Shown here: positions 8,984 to 18,088 of the stretch, in pieces
How positions within the stretch are numbered: position 1 is the first letter of the stretch
How the letters are laid out: every line of letters starts with the position of its first letter
NCBI GenBank assembly: GCA_035572835.1
Contig: DATNAG010000054.1
Coordinates: 28,553-92,552 of the forward strand
Direction: 5' to 3'
Length of the DNA: 64,000 nt
Origin: Solirubrobacterales bacterium
GTDB lineage: Bacteria > Actinomycetota > Thermoleophilia > Solirubrobacterales > 70-9
Program-made: the position numbers and the translations under genes
Notes under the pieces: generated by a model
Database searches by the model: none
Seen by the model: only the letters and a program-made list of their open reading frames with translations
What the model was told of the DNA's origin: nothing

Positions 8984-11047
8984 TCAGCCTTCGCCCGGGA
9001 CGTCGGAGAAGAAGATCACCCGGTCGGGGGCCAAATTCCCGTCGGGGGCGGGCGGTTCGCTGGCGGCGACTTCGTGGAAGCCGAAGTGTTCGATCGCCGC
9101 GGGCATCTCCGGCCAGACTTCCGTCCTTTCCTGGAAGAACACCTTGGTCCCGCCATTTTCGCGCAGCTGCTCGATCGTTTCCTTCAGCTGCATCCTGGTC
9201 GGCATCGATGGCACGGCCGAGTAGGGCGTGACATCGTCGACGCCGAGCACGCGGCTCATCCGCTGACCCAGCTGCGCCAGCAGGGCCACCGGTTCACCAG
9301 GCTTCACGTAGGCCCCGATGAACGCCTCGTCGGCTGACGGCTGGAAGATTTCCGGGCTGTTGCGCTCGAGCCGGCGCACCGACTTCCAGGGGGCCGGGAA
9401 CTGGGCCAGTGAGCAGACCATCAGGCCGAAGCCGACGAAGACGGCGAAATGAGCGGGCGAGGGACGGGTGCCCCGGCGCACCAGCTCCTTGGTCAGGACG
9501 ACGAGCAGGAAGATGATCGCGAGGCCCCAGGCGGAGAACATCGCGATCAGGACCTCGTAATGGGAGCGACCGGCGTAGTAGGCCCCGATCCCCAGCCCGA
9601 AGACGCCGATCCAGGCCGGCGCTCCCACCTCCAGCCGGCTGTGGTCGGGTCGCAGCATCAGCAGCGTCGCGACGACCAGGGCGGCGCAGTAGGTCAGGTA
9701 GATGGCCACCCAGAACCCGAACCACGGCATCGGCAGCAGGTAGTAGCCGGCCAGGGCGAAGATGTGCGCGTAGCGGAAGACCAGCGCCACGTCGGGCAGC
9801 TCGCCGGTCCGGGAGAGCGTCACGATCGAGACGAGGACGAAGGCGCCCAGCAGCCCGAGGAGCGCTTCCCCGGCCCAGCCGAGGAGCCGGCGACGGGTGC
9901 GCGGCACATCGGCCGCCACGACCACCGCGATCGCGGTCGCCCCCAGCGCCGGGATGCCGAAATCGCCGTTGTTCAGCACCGCCAGGCCGGCGACCACGAA
10001 GATCCAGCCGATGCGCCGCGGTCGCTCGCCGGCGAGGTGGCGGGCCAGCAGGTAGAGGACGAAGAAAGGCCCGGCGTAGCGCAGCGGGAAGATGCCGAAG
10101 TAGTCGGCGAAGCTGTAGCGGAAGACCGGGTGGCCGCGGATGATGAAGAAGCTCGTGGCGAGGAATGGGAGGAACAGGAGCAGCGCCGCGATCGGGCCAC
10201 CGGCGACCCGGCGGATGACCCCGTAGACGGCGAGCATCGCCAGCCAGGTGATGAACGCCATCGAGGTCGTGTAGGCGGCGAGCGAGCCGTTGCCGAAGTG
10301 CAATGGGATCGCGATCACGTACGGCCACAGCGAGCCGTACTGGGCGACGTAGTCGACCAGCGGCGTGTGGCCGTTGAGGACGGACAGGCCCTCGTCGAAG
10401 GTGTAGACGAGGGCGACGCTGCTCCCCGGCAGAGCATGGAGGACGGTGGCGTCGCGCTGGATCGCGGGCAGCAGCCAGATCGCGGTCGCGAGCGCGGCGA
10501 CCGCGACGGCGCCCCAGCGCAGGACGCGGTCGCGGCGGGCGAGCAGGGTCCGCGCGCGCGCGAGGAGCGCCGACGTCCCCAGGGTGAGCGTGAACCCGAT
10601 GCCGATCGCGATGGCGACCACGACGGTCGGCAGGGTGAAGTAGGAGATGTCGAGATGGACGCTGCCGAGGCGACAGAAGGTGGCGAGGACGAGGACGAGG
10701 ACGAAGGCCAGCTGTTGGGCGAGCACCACGGGACGCGGCACCTCCAGGCGAAAGCGGCGCTCGTGCGCCCAGATCAGGAAGGCCGGCACGAACAGCGCGG
10801 CGAGCAGCGCCAGGAGGTAGCGGGCCTCCTCGGTGGGCTCCGGCCCGACGTATTTCAGCGCCGAGGGCCAGAAGTCGCTCGTCTCGACCGGGAAGAGCAC
10901 CTTGCCCAGGGGCCCGCCCAGCAGCGCGACCAGGAGCAGGCCGACGGCGGCAGCCGGGGCTACGGCAAGCCACGCGAGGCCGGAGTCGGCGCTCCCGTCG
11001 TCCTCCCCTGGTGTCTGCCCCGCCAGCCCATCGACCATCGGCGCCAT
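8984..11047 (-). CDS. Large polytopic membrane protein (687 aa) with C-terminal soluble domain (candidate GT-C-like)
   Basis: Only the part of ORF 8984..12013 from MAPMVDG onward looks coding; the upstream part is antisense to rfbF/rfbG. It has more than 12 hydrophobic helices and a ~140-aa non-hydrophobic tail. Confidence 0.7.
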   Translation of the reverse strand: MAPMVDGLAGQTPGEDDGSADSGLAWLAVAPAAAVGLLLVALLGGPLGKVLFPVETSDFWPSALKYVGPEPTEEARYLLALLAALFVPAFLIWAHERRFRLEVPRPVVLAQQLAFVLVLVLATFCRLGSVHLDISYFTLPTVVVAIAIGIGFTLTLGTSALLARARTLLARRDRVLRWGAVAVAALATAIWLLPAIQRDATVLHALPGSSVALVYTFDEGLSVLNGHTPLVDYVAQYGSLWPYVIAIPLHFGNGSLAAYTTSMAFITWLAMLAVYGVIRRVAGGPIAALLLFLPFLATSFFIIRGHPVFRYSFADYFGIFPLRYAGPFFVLYLLARHLAGERPRRIGWIFVVAGLAVLNNGDFGIPALGATAIAVVVAADVPRTRRRLLGWAGEALLGLLGAFVLVSIVTLSRTGELPDVALVFRYAHIFALAGYYLLPMPWFGFWVAIYLTYCAALVVATLLMLRPDHSRLEVGAPAWIGVFGLGIGAYYAGRSHYEVLIAMFSAWGLAIIFLLVVLTKELVRRGTRPSPAHFAVFVGFGLMVCSLAQFPAPWKSVRRLERNSPEIFQPSADEAFIGAYVKPGEPVALLAQLGQRMSRVLGVDDVTPYSAVPSMPTRMQLKETIEQLRENGGTKVFFQERTEVWPEMPAAIEHFGFHEVAASEPPAPDGNLAPDRVIFFSDVPGEG

Positions 11048-11113
11048 GATTTCGCATCCGACCGTCGCCGAGCGGCGCGGTACGCCACCAGCCCGTTCGA
11101 TAGCCTCGCCCCG

Positions 11114-11884
11114 GTGAAGGCGGTGATCCTGGCAGGAGGCCTCGGCTCCCGGTTGAGCGAGGAGACCTCGACCCGGCCGAAGCCGATGGTGGAGATCGGC
11201 GGCAAGCCGATCCTCTGGCACATCATGAAGATCTATGCCGCGCACGGCATCGATGACTTCGTGATCTGCCTCGGCTACAAGGGCTACATGATCAAGGAGT
11301 TCTTCGCGAACTACTACCTGCACACGTCCGACGTCACCTTCGACCTGGCGGCCGGGACCACCGAGGTGCACCGCTCGGCGACCGAGCCCTGGAAGGTGAC
11401 GCTGGTCGAGACCGGCGAGGACACGATGACCGGCGGCCGCCTGCGCCGCGTCCTCCCCTACCTCGGCGACGAGGACTTCTGCTTCACCTACGGCGACGGG
11501 GTCGCCAACATCGACATCGCGGCGCTGATCGCGTTCCACCAGGAGCAGGGACGCGAAGCGACGATCACCGCGGTCAAGCCACCCGGCCGCTTCGGTGCCC
11601 TCGACATCGAGGGGGACCAGGTCAACCACTTCGAAGAGAAGCCGCGCGGCGACGGCCTGGCGACCAACGGCGGCTTCTTCGTGCTCAGCCCCAAGGTCGG
11701 CCGCTTCCTCACCGACGACTCGACGATCTGGGAGCAGGGGCCGGTGCGCGGCCTGGCGGGCGAGGGACAGATGGCCTGCTACCGCCACGAAGGCTTCTGG
11801 CAGCCGATGGACACCCTGCGCGACCGCCAGGTCCTGCAGGAGCTGTGGGACTCCGGCTCGCCGCCCTGGCGAACCTGGGAGTGA
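11114..11884 (+). CDS. rfbF: Glucose-1-phosphate cytidylyltransferase
   Basis: VKAVILAGGLGSRLSEETSTRPKPMVEIGGKPILWHIMKIYAAHGIDDFVICLGYKGYMIKEFFANYYLH...GFWQPMDTLRD...PPWRTWE is nearly collinear with Salmonella RfbF as I recall it. Confidence 0.9.
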   Translation: MKAVILAGGLGSRLSEETSTRPKPMVEIGGKPILWHIMKIYAAHGIDDFVICLGYKGYMIKEFFANYYLHTSDVTFDLAAGTTEVHRSATEPWKVTLVETGEDTMTGGRLRRVLPYLGDEDFCFTYGDGVANIDIAALIAFHQEQGREATITAVKPPGRFGALDIEGDQVNHFEEKPRGDGLATNGGFFVLSPKVGRFLTDDSTIWEQGPVRGLAGEGQMACYRHEGFWQPMDTLRDRQVLQELWDSGSPPWRTWE

Positions 11885-11885
11885 C

Positions 11886-12959
11886 GTGGCCGCCCCGCGA
11901 GGGTCCGTCGACCCCGACTTCTGGCGCGGCCGACGCGTCTTCCTGACCGGCCACACCGGCTTCAAGGGAGCCTGGCTCTCGCTCTGGCTGCAGTCGATGG
12001 GCGCCGCCGTCACCGGCTACTCGAACCTCGTCCCGACCGACCCCTCGCTGTTCGAGCTGGCCCGGGTCGAAGCCGGGATGGAGAGCGTCGAGGGCGACGT
12101 CCGCGACCCGGAGGCGCTCAACGCGGCCCTCGCCGCCTGCGATCCCGAGGTCGTCATCCACATGGCCGCGCAGCCGATGGTGCGCCGCTCCTTCGCCGAA
12201 CCGCGGGCGACCTATGAGACCAACGTGATGGGCAGCGTCAACCTCTTCGAGGCGGCCCGCGCCGCCGCTGGCGTCCGCGTCGTCATCAACGTCACCTCGG
12301 ACAAGTGCTACGAGAACCGGGAGTGGGACTGGGGCTACCGCGAGGACGAGCCGATGGGCGGCCACGACCCCTACTCCAGCTCCAAGGGCGCCGCCGAGAT
12401 CGTCACCGCCGCCTACCGCCGCTCCTTCTTCTCCGACCCCGACGGGGCGCGGCTCGCCTCGGCGCGGGCCGGCAACGTGATCGGCGGCGGCGACTGGGGC
12501 GAGGACCGGCTGGTCCCCGACGTGATGCGGGCGGTGCTGGCGCAGGAGAGCGTGCGGGTCCGGAACCCGAACGCGATCCGGCCCTGGCAGCACGTGATCA
12601 ACCCGCTGAGCGGCTACCTCGTCCTCGCCCAGGCCGTCTGGGACGACCCCGAGCTGGCATCCGGCTGGAACTTCGGGCCCGCCGACGAGGAGGCCCAGCC
12701 GGTCGGTCACCTGGTCGAGCGCCTCGCCGAGCTCTGGCCGGAGCGGGTCCGCTGGACCGTCGACGACGGCCCCCACCCGCACGAGGCCCACTACCTGAAG
12801 CTCGACTCCTCCCGCGCCCGCATGCGCCTCGGCTGGCGCCCCCTGGCCCCGCTCGAGGCCGGCCTCGCGGCGACCGCCGACTGGTATCGCGAGTACGAGG
12901 CCGGCGCCGACATGCGCCAGGTGACCTCGGCGCAGCTCGCTGCGCTCACGGGTACCTGA
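11886..12959 (+). CDS. rfbG: CDP-glucose 4,6-dehydratase
   Basis: FWRGRRVFLTGHTGFKGAWLSLWL...VIHMAAQPMVRRSF...NVTSDKCYENREWDWGYREDEPMGGHDPYSSSKGAAE...RAGNVIGGGDW...IRPWQHV. GTG start, 1 nt after the rfbF stop. Confidence 0.9.
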   Translation: MAAPRGSVDPDFWRGRRVFLTGHTGFKGAWLSLWLQSMGAAVTGYSNLVPTDPSLFELARVEAGMESVEGDVRDPEALNAALAACDPEVVIHMAAQPMVRRSFAEPRATYETNVMGSVNLFEAARAAAGVRVVINVTSDKCYENREWDWGYREDEPMGGHDPYSSSKGAAEIVTAAYRRSFFSDPDGARLASARAGNVIGGGDWGEDRLVPDVMRAVLAQESVRVRNPNAIRPWQHVINPLSGYLVLAQAVWDDPELASGWNFGPADEEAQPVGHLVERLAELWPERVRWTVDDGPHPHEAHYLKLDSSRARMRLGWRPLAPLEAGLAATADWYREYEAGADMRQVTSAQLAALTGT

Positions 12960-12977
12960 CCGGCTGTCAGAAGCGCG

Positions 12978-14693
12978 CTAAGTCGCCTCCATCGCCTTGG
13001 GGGCGACGAAGGGCTCCATCTCCGAGATCGGGTAGCCGAAGGCGATCTTCGGATAGGCGTTGGCCTTCTCGTCGATCGCGACCTCGAGCAGGTGCGGGCC
13101 GTCGTGCGCCCACATCTCCGCGATCGCCCCCTCGACCTCGGCCGGGTCCTCGACCCGCCGGGCGGGGATGCCGTAGGCCTCGGCGACGGCGGCGAAGTCC
13201 GGCGCCGAGTAGCCCCAGACGGTCGACTGGTAGCGGCCGTCGAGGTAGGACTCCTGGAACTGGCGCACCATCCCGTGGCTGCCGTTGTCGAGGACGACGA
13301 CCTTCACCGGCAGCTGGTTGCGCGCCAGCGTCTGCAGCTCCTGGATGTTCAGCTGGAAGCCGCCGTCGCCGTTGATCGAGACGACCGGGGCGCCGCTCGC
13401 GATCTGGGCGCCGACCGCCAGCGGCAGCCCGGAGCCCATCGCCCCCATCCCGCCGGAGGTGAGGAAGCGCTGTTCGCCCTGCAGCTCGACCGACTGGGCC
13501 GCCCACATCTGATGCTGGCCGACGTCGGCGACGTAGGCCGAGGCGCTCGGGTGGGCGAGCTGGTGCATCACCCGGTTGGGGTTGATGCCCTCGATCCCGG
13601 GGAGCTCGCCGGTGTCGGGCCACTGCTCGTGCAGGTCGGCGATCTCGGTGGCCCAGCCCGCGTGGTCGCCCGGCGTGCCCGTCGCCGCCGCGGCGGCGAG
13701 GTCGACGAGCGCCAGCGCCAGGTCCTGGACCAGCGCCTCGACCCCGGTGACCCGGTTGTTGATCTCGCCCGGGTCGACGTCGATGTGATGGATCTTGCCG
13801 CCGGCGATGAAGGCGTCGGTGTCGGCCCCGGTCTGGCGGATGTCGAGCCGGCTGCCGAGCACCAGCAGGGCGTCGCAGCGGGAGAGGGCGATGTTGGCCC
13901 AGCGGTTGCCGTAGGTGCCGATCATGCCGACCCGCAGCGGGTGGTCGTAGGGCAGCGCGTCGACGCCCATCAGCGAGTTGACGACCGGGACGCCGAGCTG
14001 GTCGACCAGCGCGCGGAAGGCAGCGACCGCGCGCCCGGCGCGCAGCCCGCCACCCGCCAGGATCAGCGGCCGCTCGGCCGCGGCCAGGTCGGCGACGGCA
14101 CGGGCCGCGGCGTCGGCGCTGAGGGGATCGTGCGGTGGCTCGGTCGGCACCGGCCCCGCGGGCAGCGGCGCCTCGACCTCGGCCAGCTGCAGGTCGAGCG
14201 GGACGTCGACGAGGACCGGGCCGGGACGGCCGGAGCGGGCCAGGGCGAAGGCCTCTTCGAAGCGGGTCGGCAGCTCCTCGATCGTCTCCACCCGCCAGGC
14301 GGCCTTGGCGATCGGCGCCGCCATCGCCGCCACGTCGGTCTCCTGAAAGCCGAGCTGGCGGATCGGCCGGTCGAGCTTGCGCTCGTGGCGGTTGACCTGC
14401 CCGGTGATGAAGACCGCCGGGGTCGAGTCGAAGTGGCAGCTGCCGAGCGCGGTGAGCAGGTTGATCGCGCCGGGGCCGCTGGTCCCCATCGCGACGCCGG
14501 GCACCCCGTTCATCCGCGCGTGCCCCTCGGCGGCGAAGCCGGCGGCCTGCTCGTGATGGCAGGCGACGATCCGCACCTGGCCGTCGCGGTGGAGGGCGTC
14601 GATCAGGTTGACGATCATGCCGCCCGCGACTTCGTACACCGCGTCGACGCCCTGCGAGGCGAGGAACTTCGCGATCCAGTCGGAAGCGCGCAA
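12978..14693 (-). CDS. ThDP-dependent acetolactate-synthase-like enzyme (YerE-like candidate for two-carbon branching of a CDP-keto-deoxysugar)
   Basis: GVDAVYEVAGGMIVNLIDAL...GTSGPGAINLLTALGSCHFDSTPAVFITGQV...GGMGAMGSGLPLAVGA...INGDGGFQLNIQEL is the ThDP/AHAS-family pattern. The TTG start directly abuts the rfbH stop codon. Confidence 0.8.
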   Translation of the reverse strand: MRASDWIAKFLASQGVDAVYEVAGGMIVNLIDALHRDGQVRIVACHHEQAAGFAAEGHARMNGVPGVAMGTSGPGAINLLTALGSCHFDSTPAVFITGQVNRHERKLDRPIRQLGFQETDVAAMAAPIAKAAWRVETIEELPTRFEEAFALARSGRPGPVLVDVPLDLQLAEVEAPLPAGPVPTEPPHDPLSADAAARAVADLAAAERPLILAGGGLRAGRAVAAFRALVDQLGVPVVNSLMGVDALPYDHPLRVGMIGTYGNRWANIALSRCDALLVLGSRLDIRQTGADTDAFIAGGKIHHIDVDPGEINNRVTGVEALVQDLALALVDLAAAAATGTPGDHAGWATEIADLHEQWPDTGELPGIEGINPNRVMHQLAHPSASAYVADVGQHQMWAAQSVELQGEQRFLTSGGMGAMGSGLPLAVGAQIASGAPVVSINGDGGFQLNIQELQTLARNQLPVKVVVLDNGSHGMVRQFQESYLDGRYQSTVWGYSAPDFAAVAEAYGIPARRVEDPAEVEGAIAEMWAHDGPHLLEVAIDEKANAYPKIAFGYPISEMEPFVAPKAMEAT

Positions 14694-16076
14694 CTACTCG
14701 CGCTCCGCCGCGACCACCGGGTCGGCGCCATTCGAGCCGGCGCCGGCGCCACCGGTGAGGACGTCGTGGAAGCTCTCGATCATGTAGTCGACCATCGATT
14801 CGGTCAGCCCGGGGTAGACGCCGACCCAGAAGACGTTGTCCATGACGAAGTCGGCGCCCTTCAGGTCACCGACCCGGCGGTGCTCGCTGTTCAGGTAGGC
14901 GGGCTGGCGCACCAGGTTGCCGGCGAAGAGGAGGCGGGTGGCGATCTCCCGCTCGTTGAAGAAGCGCAGCACGGTGTCGCGGTCGACCGGGCACTCCTCC
15001 TTCAGCGCCACCGGGAAGCCGAACCAGCTCGGGTCCGACTGCGGCGTCGCCTCGGGCAGGATGAGGAAGTCCTGTAGGTCGCTCAGGCCCTCGTGGAGGC
15101 GGCGGAAGTTGGCTTTCCGCGCGGCGGTGAATTCATCGAGCTTGTCGAGCTGGGCGAGGCCGACGGCGGCCTGCATGTCGGTCAGCTTCAGGTTGTAGCC
15201 GACGTCCGAGTAGATGTACTTGTGGTCGTAGCCGCGCGGCAGCTCGCCGAGCTGGTGGTCGAAGCGCTTGCCGCAGGTGTCCTCTTTGCCCGGCTCGCAC
15301 CAGCAGTCGCGGCCCCAGTCGCGGAAGGACTCGGCGTACAGCTTCAGCGTGCCCTTGTTCGTGAGGACGCAGCCGCCCTCCCCCATGGTGATGTGGTGGG
15401 CCGGGTAGAAGCTGACCGAGGCGAGGTTGCCGAAGCTGCCGACCGGTTTGCCGCGGTAGGTCGAACCGAGCGCGTCACAGCAGTCCTCGACCAGCCAGAG
15501 GTCGTATTTCTCGCAGAAGGCGGTGATCGCGTCGAGGTCGAACGGGTTGCCCAGCGTGTGGGCGACCATCACCGCCTTGGTCTTCGGCGAGACGGCCTCC
15601 TCGAGCATCGAGACGTCGAGGTTGTAGGTCGGCACGTCGACGTCGACGAAGACCGGCACGAGGCCGTTCTGGATGATCGGGTTGACCGTGGTCGGGAACC
15701 CGGTCGCGCAGGTGATCACCTCGTCGCCGCGTTCGAGCCGTTTGGCGCCGAGCTTGGTCGAGGTGAGGCAGGAGAGGGCGACGAGGTTGGCCGAGGATCC
15801 GGAGTTGACCAGGAGCGCGTGGCGCAGCCCGAAGATCTTGGCGAAGCGCTTCTCGAATTTGGCCGCCCAGGGCCCGGTCGTCAGCCAGAATTCGAGCGAG
15901 GAATCGACCAGGTTGACGATCTCGCGATCGTCGAAGACCCGGCCCGCGAAGCGGATCGGCGACTCTCCAGGCCGGAAATCTTCGTCACCGAAGGCCGCGT
16001 CGTGGTACTCACGGACCAGATCGAGGATCTGGCTGCGGAGCTCGGTGGCGCGCTGAGGATCAGGGCTCACCGTCAT
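14694..16076 (-). CDS. rfbH: CDP-4-keto-6-deoxy-D-glucose 3-dehydrase (E1), DegT-family PMP enzyme
   Basis: [21 protein letters not shown]...[11 protein letters not shown]...[14 protein letters not shown] (His replaces the usual Schiff-base Lys, the E1 hallmark)...[14 protein letters not shown] (Cys cluster). Start taken at MTVSPDP (16076); 16106 is also possible. Confidence 0.88.
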   Translation of the reverse strand: MTVSPDPQRATELRSQILDLVREYHDAAFGDEDFRPGESPIRFAGRVFDDREIVNLVDSSLEFWLTTGPWAAKFEKRFAKIFGLRHALLVNSGSSANLVALSCLTSTKLGAKRLERGDEVITCATGFPTTVNPIIQNGLVPVFVDVDVPTYNLDVSMLEEAVSPKTKAVMVAHTLGNPFDLDAITAFCEKYDLWLVEDCCDALGSTYRGKPVGSFGNLASVSFYPAHHITMGEGGCVLTNKGTLKLYAESFRDWGRDCWCEPGKEDTCGKRFDHQLGELPRGYDHKYIYSDVGYNLKLTDMQAAVGLAQLDKLDEFTAARKANFRRLHEGLSDLQDFLILPEATPQSDPSWFGFPVALKEECPVDRDTVLRFFNEREIATRLLFAGNLVRQPAYLNSEHRRVGDLKGADFVMDNVFWVGVYPGLTESMVDYMIESFHDVLTGGAGAGSNGADPVVAAERE

Positions 16077-17097
16077 CCACGTTAGCAACCACGCGGACGT
16101 CCGCATGGACCAGTTCCTCGGACGGTCCTTCGACCGGTTGGCGCGGCCGCGGCGGGTTCAGAACCTGGCTGACGATGTACGAGGGCCGTCGCTTGATCTC
16201 CTCGTACATGTGGGCGAGGTAGGAGCCGATCACGCCGAAGCAGATCATCTGCACGCCGCCGATGAAGAGGACGACGACGATCAGGGTCGCGTAGCCCTTC
16301 GGCGCCGCGCCGGGGTCGGTGATCCGCAGCACGATCTCGACGATCCCGGCGATCACCGCGACCGTGGTGGTGATCGCCGCCAGCCAGACCATCAGGTCGA
16401 GCGGCGCGTAGGAGAAGGAGATGATCGCCCGGCGCGCCCATCCCATGTTGGCGAGGAAGTTGTTCGACGATTTGCCGAAGAGGCGCTCCGGACGGTCGTA
16501 GGGGATGCCGATCTGACGGAAGCCGACGAAGGCGCGCAGGCCGCGCACGAAGCGGTGCTTCTCCGGCATCTCGTTGATCGCGTCGACGGCTTTGCGGTCG
16601 AGGAGCGAGAAGTCGCCGGCGTCGACCGGCATCGGCACGTAGGCGGTGCGCTGGAAGACCCGGTAGAAGGCCTTGCGGCCGGCGTTCATCAGGGCCGGGC
16701 CCTCGCGGGTGATGCGCTCTCCGTAGACGACCTCGTAGCCCTCCTGCCAGCGGGCGAACATCTCCGGGATCAGCTCCGGCGGATCCTGCAGGTCGCCGTC
16801 GAGGAGGATCACCGCGTCGCCGCTGGCGATCCGCATGCCGCTCGAGTAGGCGCTCTGCGAGCCGAAGGCGCGGGTGTGGTGGATGACCGTGGTGCGGCGG
16901 TCGCGCTCGGCGAGCTCGGCCAGGACCCCCGGGGTGGGGTCGCCTTCCGGGCTGCCGGAGTCGACGAAGATGATCTCCCAGTCGACGCCCATCTCGCTGA
17001 ACACCTTGGTCAGGCGTTCGTGCATCACCGGGATCGACTGGGCCTCCCGGTAGCAGGGAATGACGGCACTGAGCCTGATTTGATTCGCCGGACCCAT
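16060..17097 (-). CDS. GT2 polyprenyl-phosphate sugar synthase-like glycosyltransferase with two C-terminal TM helices (GtrB/ArnC-like)
   Basis: [14 protein letters not shown]...[12 protein letters not shown]...[17 protein letters not shown]...GDFSLLDRK, then the helices [19 protein letters not shown] and [21 protein letters not shown]. Start ATG 17097; GTG 17124 is also possible. Confidence 0.85.
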   Translation of the reverse strand: MGPANQIRLSAVIPCYREAQSIPVMHERLTKVFSEMGVDWEIIFVDSGSPEGDPTPGVLAELAERDRRTTVIHHTRAFGSQSAYSSGMRIASGDAVILLDGDLQDPPELIPEMFARWQEGYEVVYGERITREGPALMNAGRKAFYRVFQRTAYVPMPVDAGDFSLLDRKAVDAINEMPEKHRFVRGLRAFVGFRQIGIPYDRPERLFGKSSNNFLANMGWARRAIISFSYAPLDLMVWLAAITTTVAVIAGIVEIVLRITDPGAAPKGYATLIVVVLFIGGVQMICFGVIGSYLAHMYEEIKRRPSYIVSQVLNPPRPRQPVEGPSEELVHADVRVVANVDDGEP

Positions 17098-18070
17098 GGC
17101 AGGAGACCTCAATCTAGCGACCACATCCCCCGAACCTCTCCCCCCACTCAGCCCGCTCGGGCTCGGGGCCTGGGCTTTCGGCGGTGTCGGCTGGGGGCCT
17201 CAGGACGATGAGGACTCGGTGGCGACGATCCTCCATGCGGTGGATCGCGGGGTCGGCTGGATCGACACCGCGGCGGTCTACGGCGGCGGCCACGCGGAGG
17301 AGATCGTCGGCCGCGCGCTGGCGAAGATCCCGGTCGCCGAGCGGCCGTTGGTCTTCACCAAGGCGGGCATCCGGATCGACCCCGACACCGGCGGCACCGA
17401 TCGCGACCTCGGCCCGGATTCGATCCGCGCGGAGTGCGAGGCCTCGCTGCGGCGGCTCGGGGTCGAGCGACTCGACCTCTACCAGCTGCACTGGCCGGTC
17501 GACGAGGACGAGGTCGTCGAAGCGGCATGGTCGACGCTGGGCGAGCTGCGCGACGCGGGCAAGGTCCGCTGGGCCGGCGTCAGCAACTTCGACCTCCGGC
17601 TCTGCGAGCGCTGCGCGGCGATCCGGCCGCTCGACGCCGCCCAGCTGCCGCTCTCGCTGCTGGAAGAAAAGCCGGTGCGGAGCGAGTTGCCGTGGCTGGC
17701 GGGGCACGACGTGCCGACCATCGTCTACAGCCCGCTCGAGTCGGGGCTCCTCTCCGGCCGCTTCTCGGCCGAGCGGCTCGCCACCCTGCCCGAGGACGAC
17801 TGGCGGCGCCGACGCCCCCGCTTCCAGAGCCCACAGCTGGAGCAGGCGCTGGAGCTGGTCGAGCGGCTGCGACCGCTCGCGGCCGAGCTCGGCACCTCGA
17901 TCGCCGAGCTGGCGATCGCCTGGGCGCTCCACTTCGACGGCGTCGCCGGCGCTATCGTCGGCGCCCGCTCGCCGGCGCAGGTCGACGGCTGGATCGGCGC
18001 CGCCGGGCTCGAGCTCGACCCGGCCGCGGCCGCGTTCATCGCCACGGCGAAGGCTGAAGTCGGCTCCTAG
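17096..18070 (+). CDS. Aldo/keto reductase family oxidoreductase
   Basis: LGLGAWAFGG...GVGWIDTAAVYGGGHAEEIVGRAL...LDLYQLHWP...VRWAGVSNF...IVYSPLESGLLSG. Confidence 0.85.
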   Translation: MAGDLNLATTSPEPLPPLSPLGLGAWAFGGVGWGPQDDEDSVATILHAVDRGVGWIDTAAVYGGGHAEEIVGRALAKIPVAERPLVFTKAGIRIDPDTGGTDRDLGPDSIRAECEASLRRLGVERLDLYQLHWPVDEDEVVEAAWSTLGELRDAGKVRWAGVSNFDLRLCERCAAIRPLDAAQLPLSLLEEKPVRSELPWLAGHDVPTIVYSPLESGLLSGRFSAERLATLPEDDWRRRRPRFQSPQLEQALELVERLRPLAAELGTSIAELAIAWALHFDGVAGAIVGARSPAQVDGWIGAAGLELDPAAAAFIATAKAEVGS

Positions 18071-18088
18071 CGTTATCGTGCCGCCCCG

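Noticed and set aside
9294-11057. 587-aa ORF in another minus-strand frame, and the 811-aa plus-strand ORF 9449..11884
   Set aside because: Both overlap the 687-aa membrane protein gene. Their translations are R/P/G/A/D-rich low-complexity sequence. Only the last 256 codons of the plus-strand ORF (rfbF) are real.
11048-12013. N-terminal 322 codons of ORF 8984..12013
   Set aside because: It is antisense to rfbF/rfbG, which are unambiguous. The membrane protein starts at MAPMVDG (11047).
12959-12978. Small hairpin CTGAC-CGGCT-GTCAG between rfbG and the ThDP-enzyme gene as a terminator
   Set aside because: It has only a 5-bp stem in an 18-nt gap. That is too weak to call from sequence alone.
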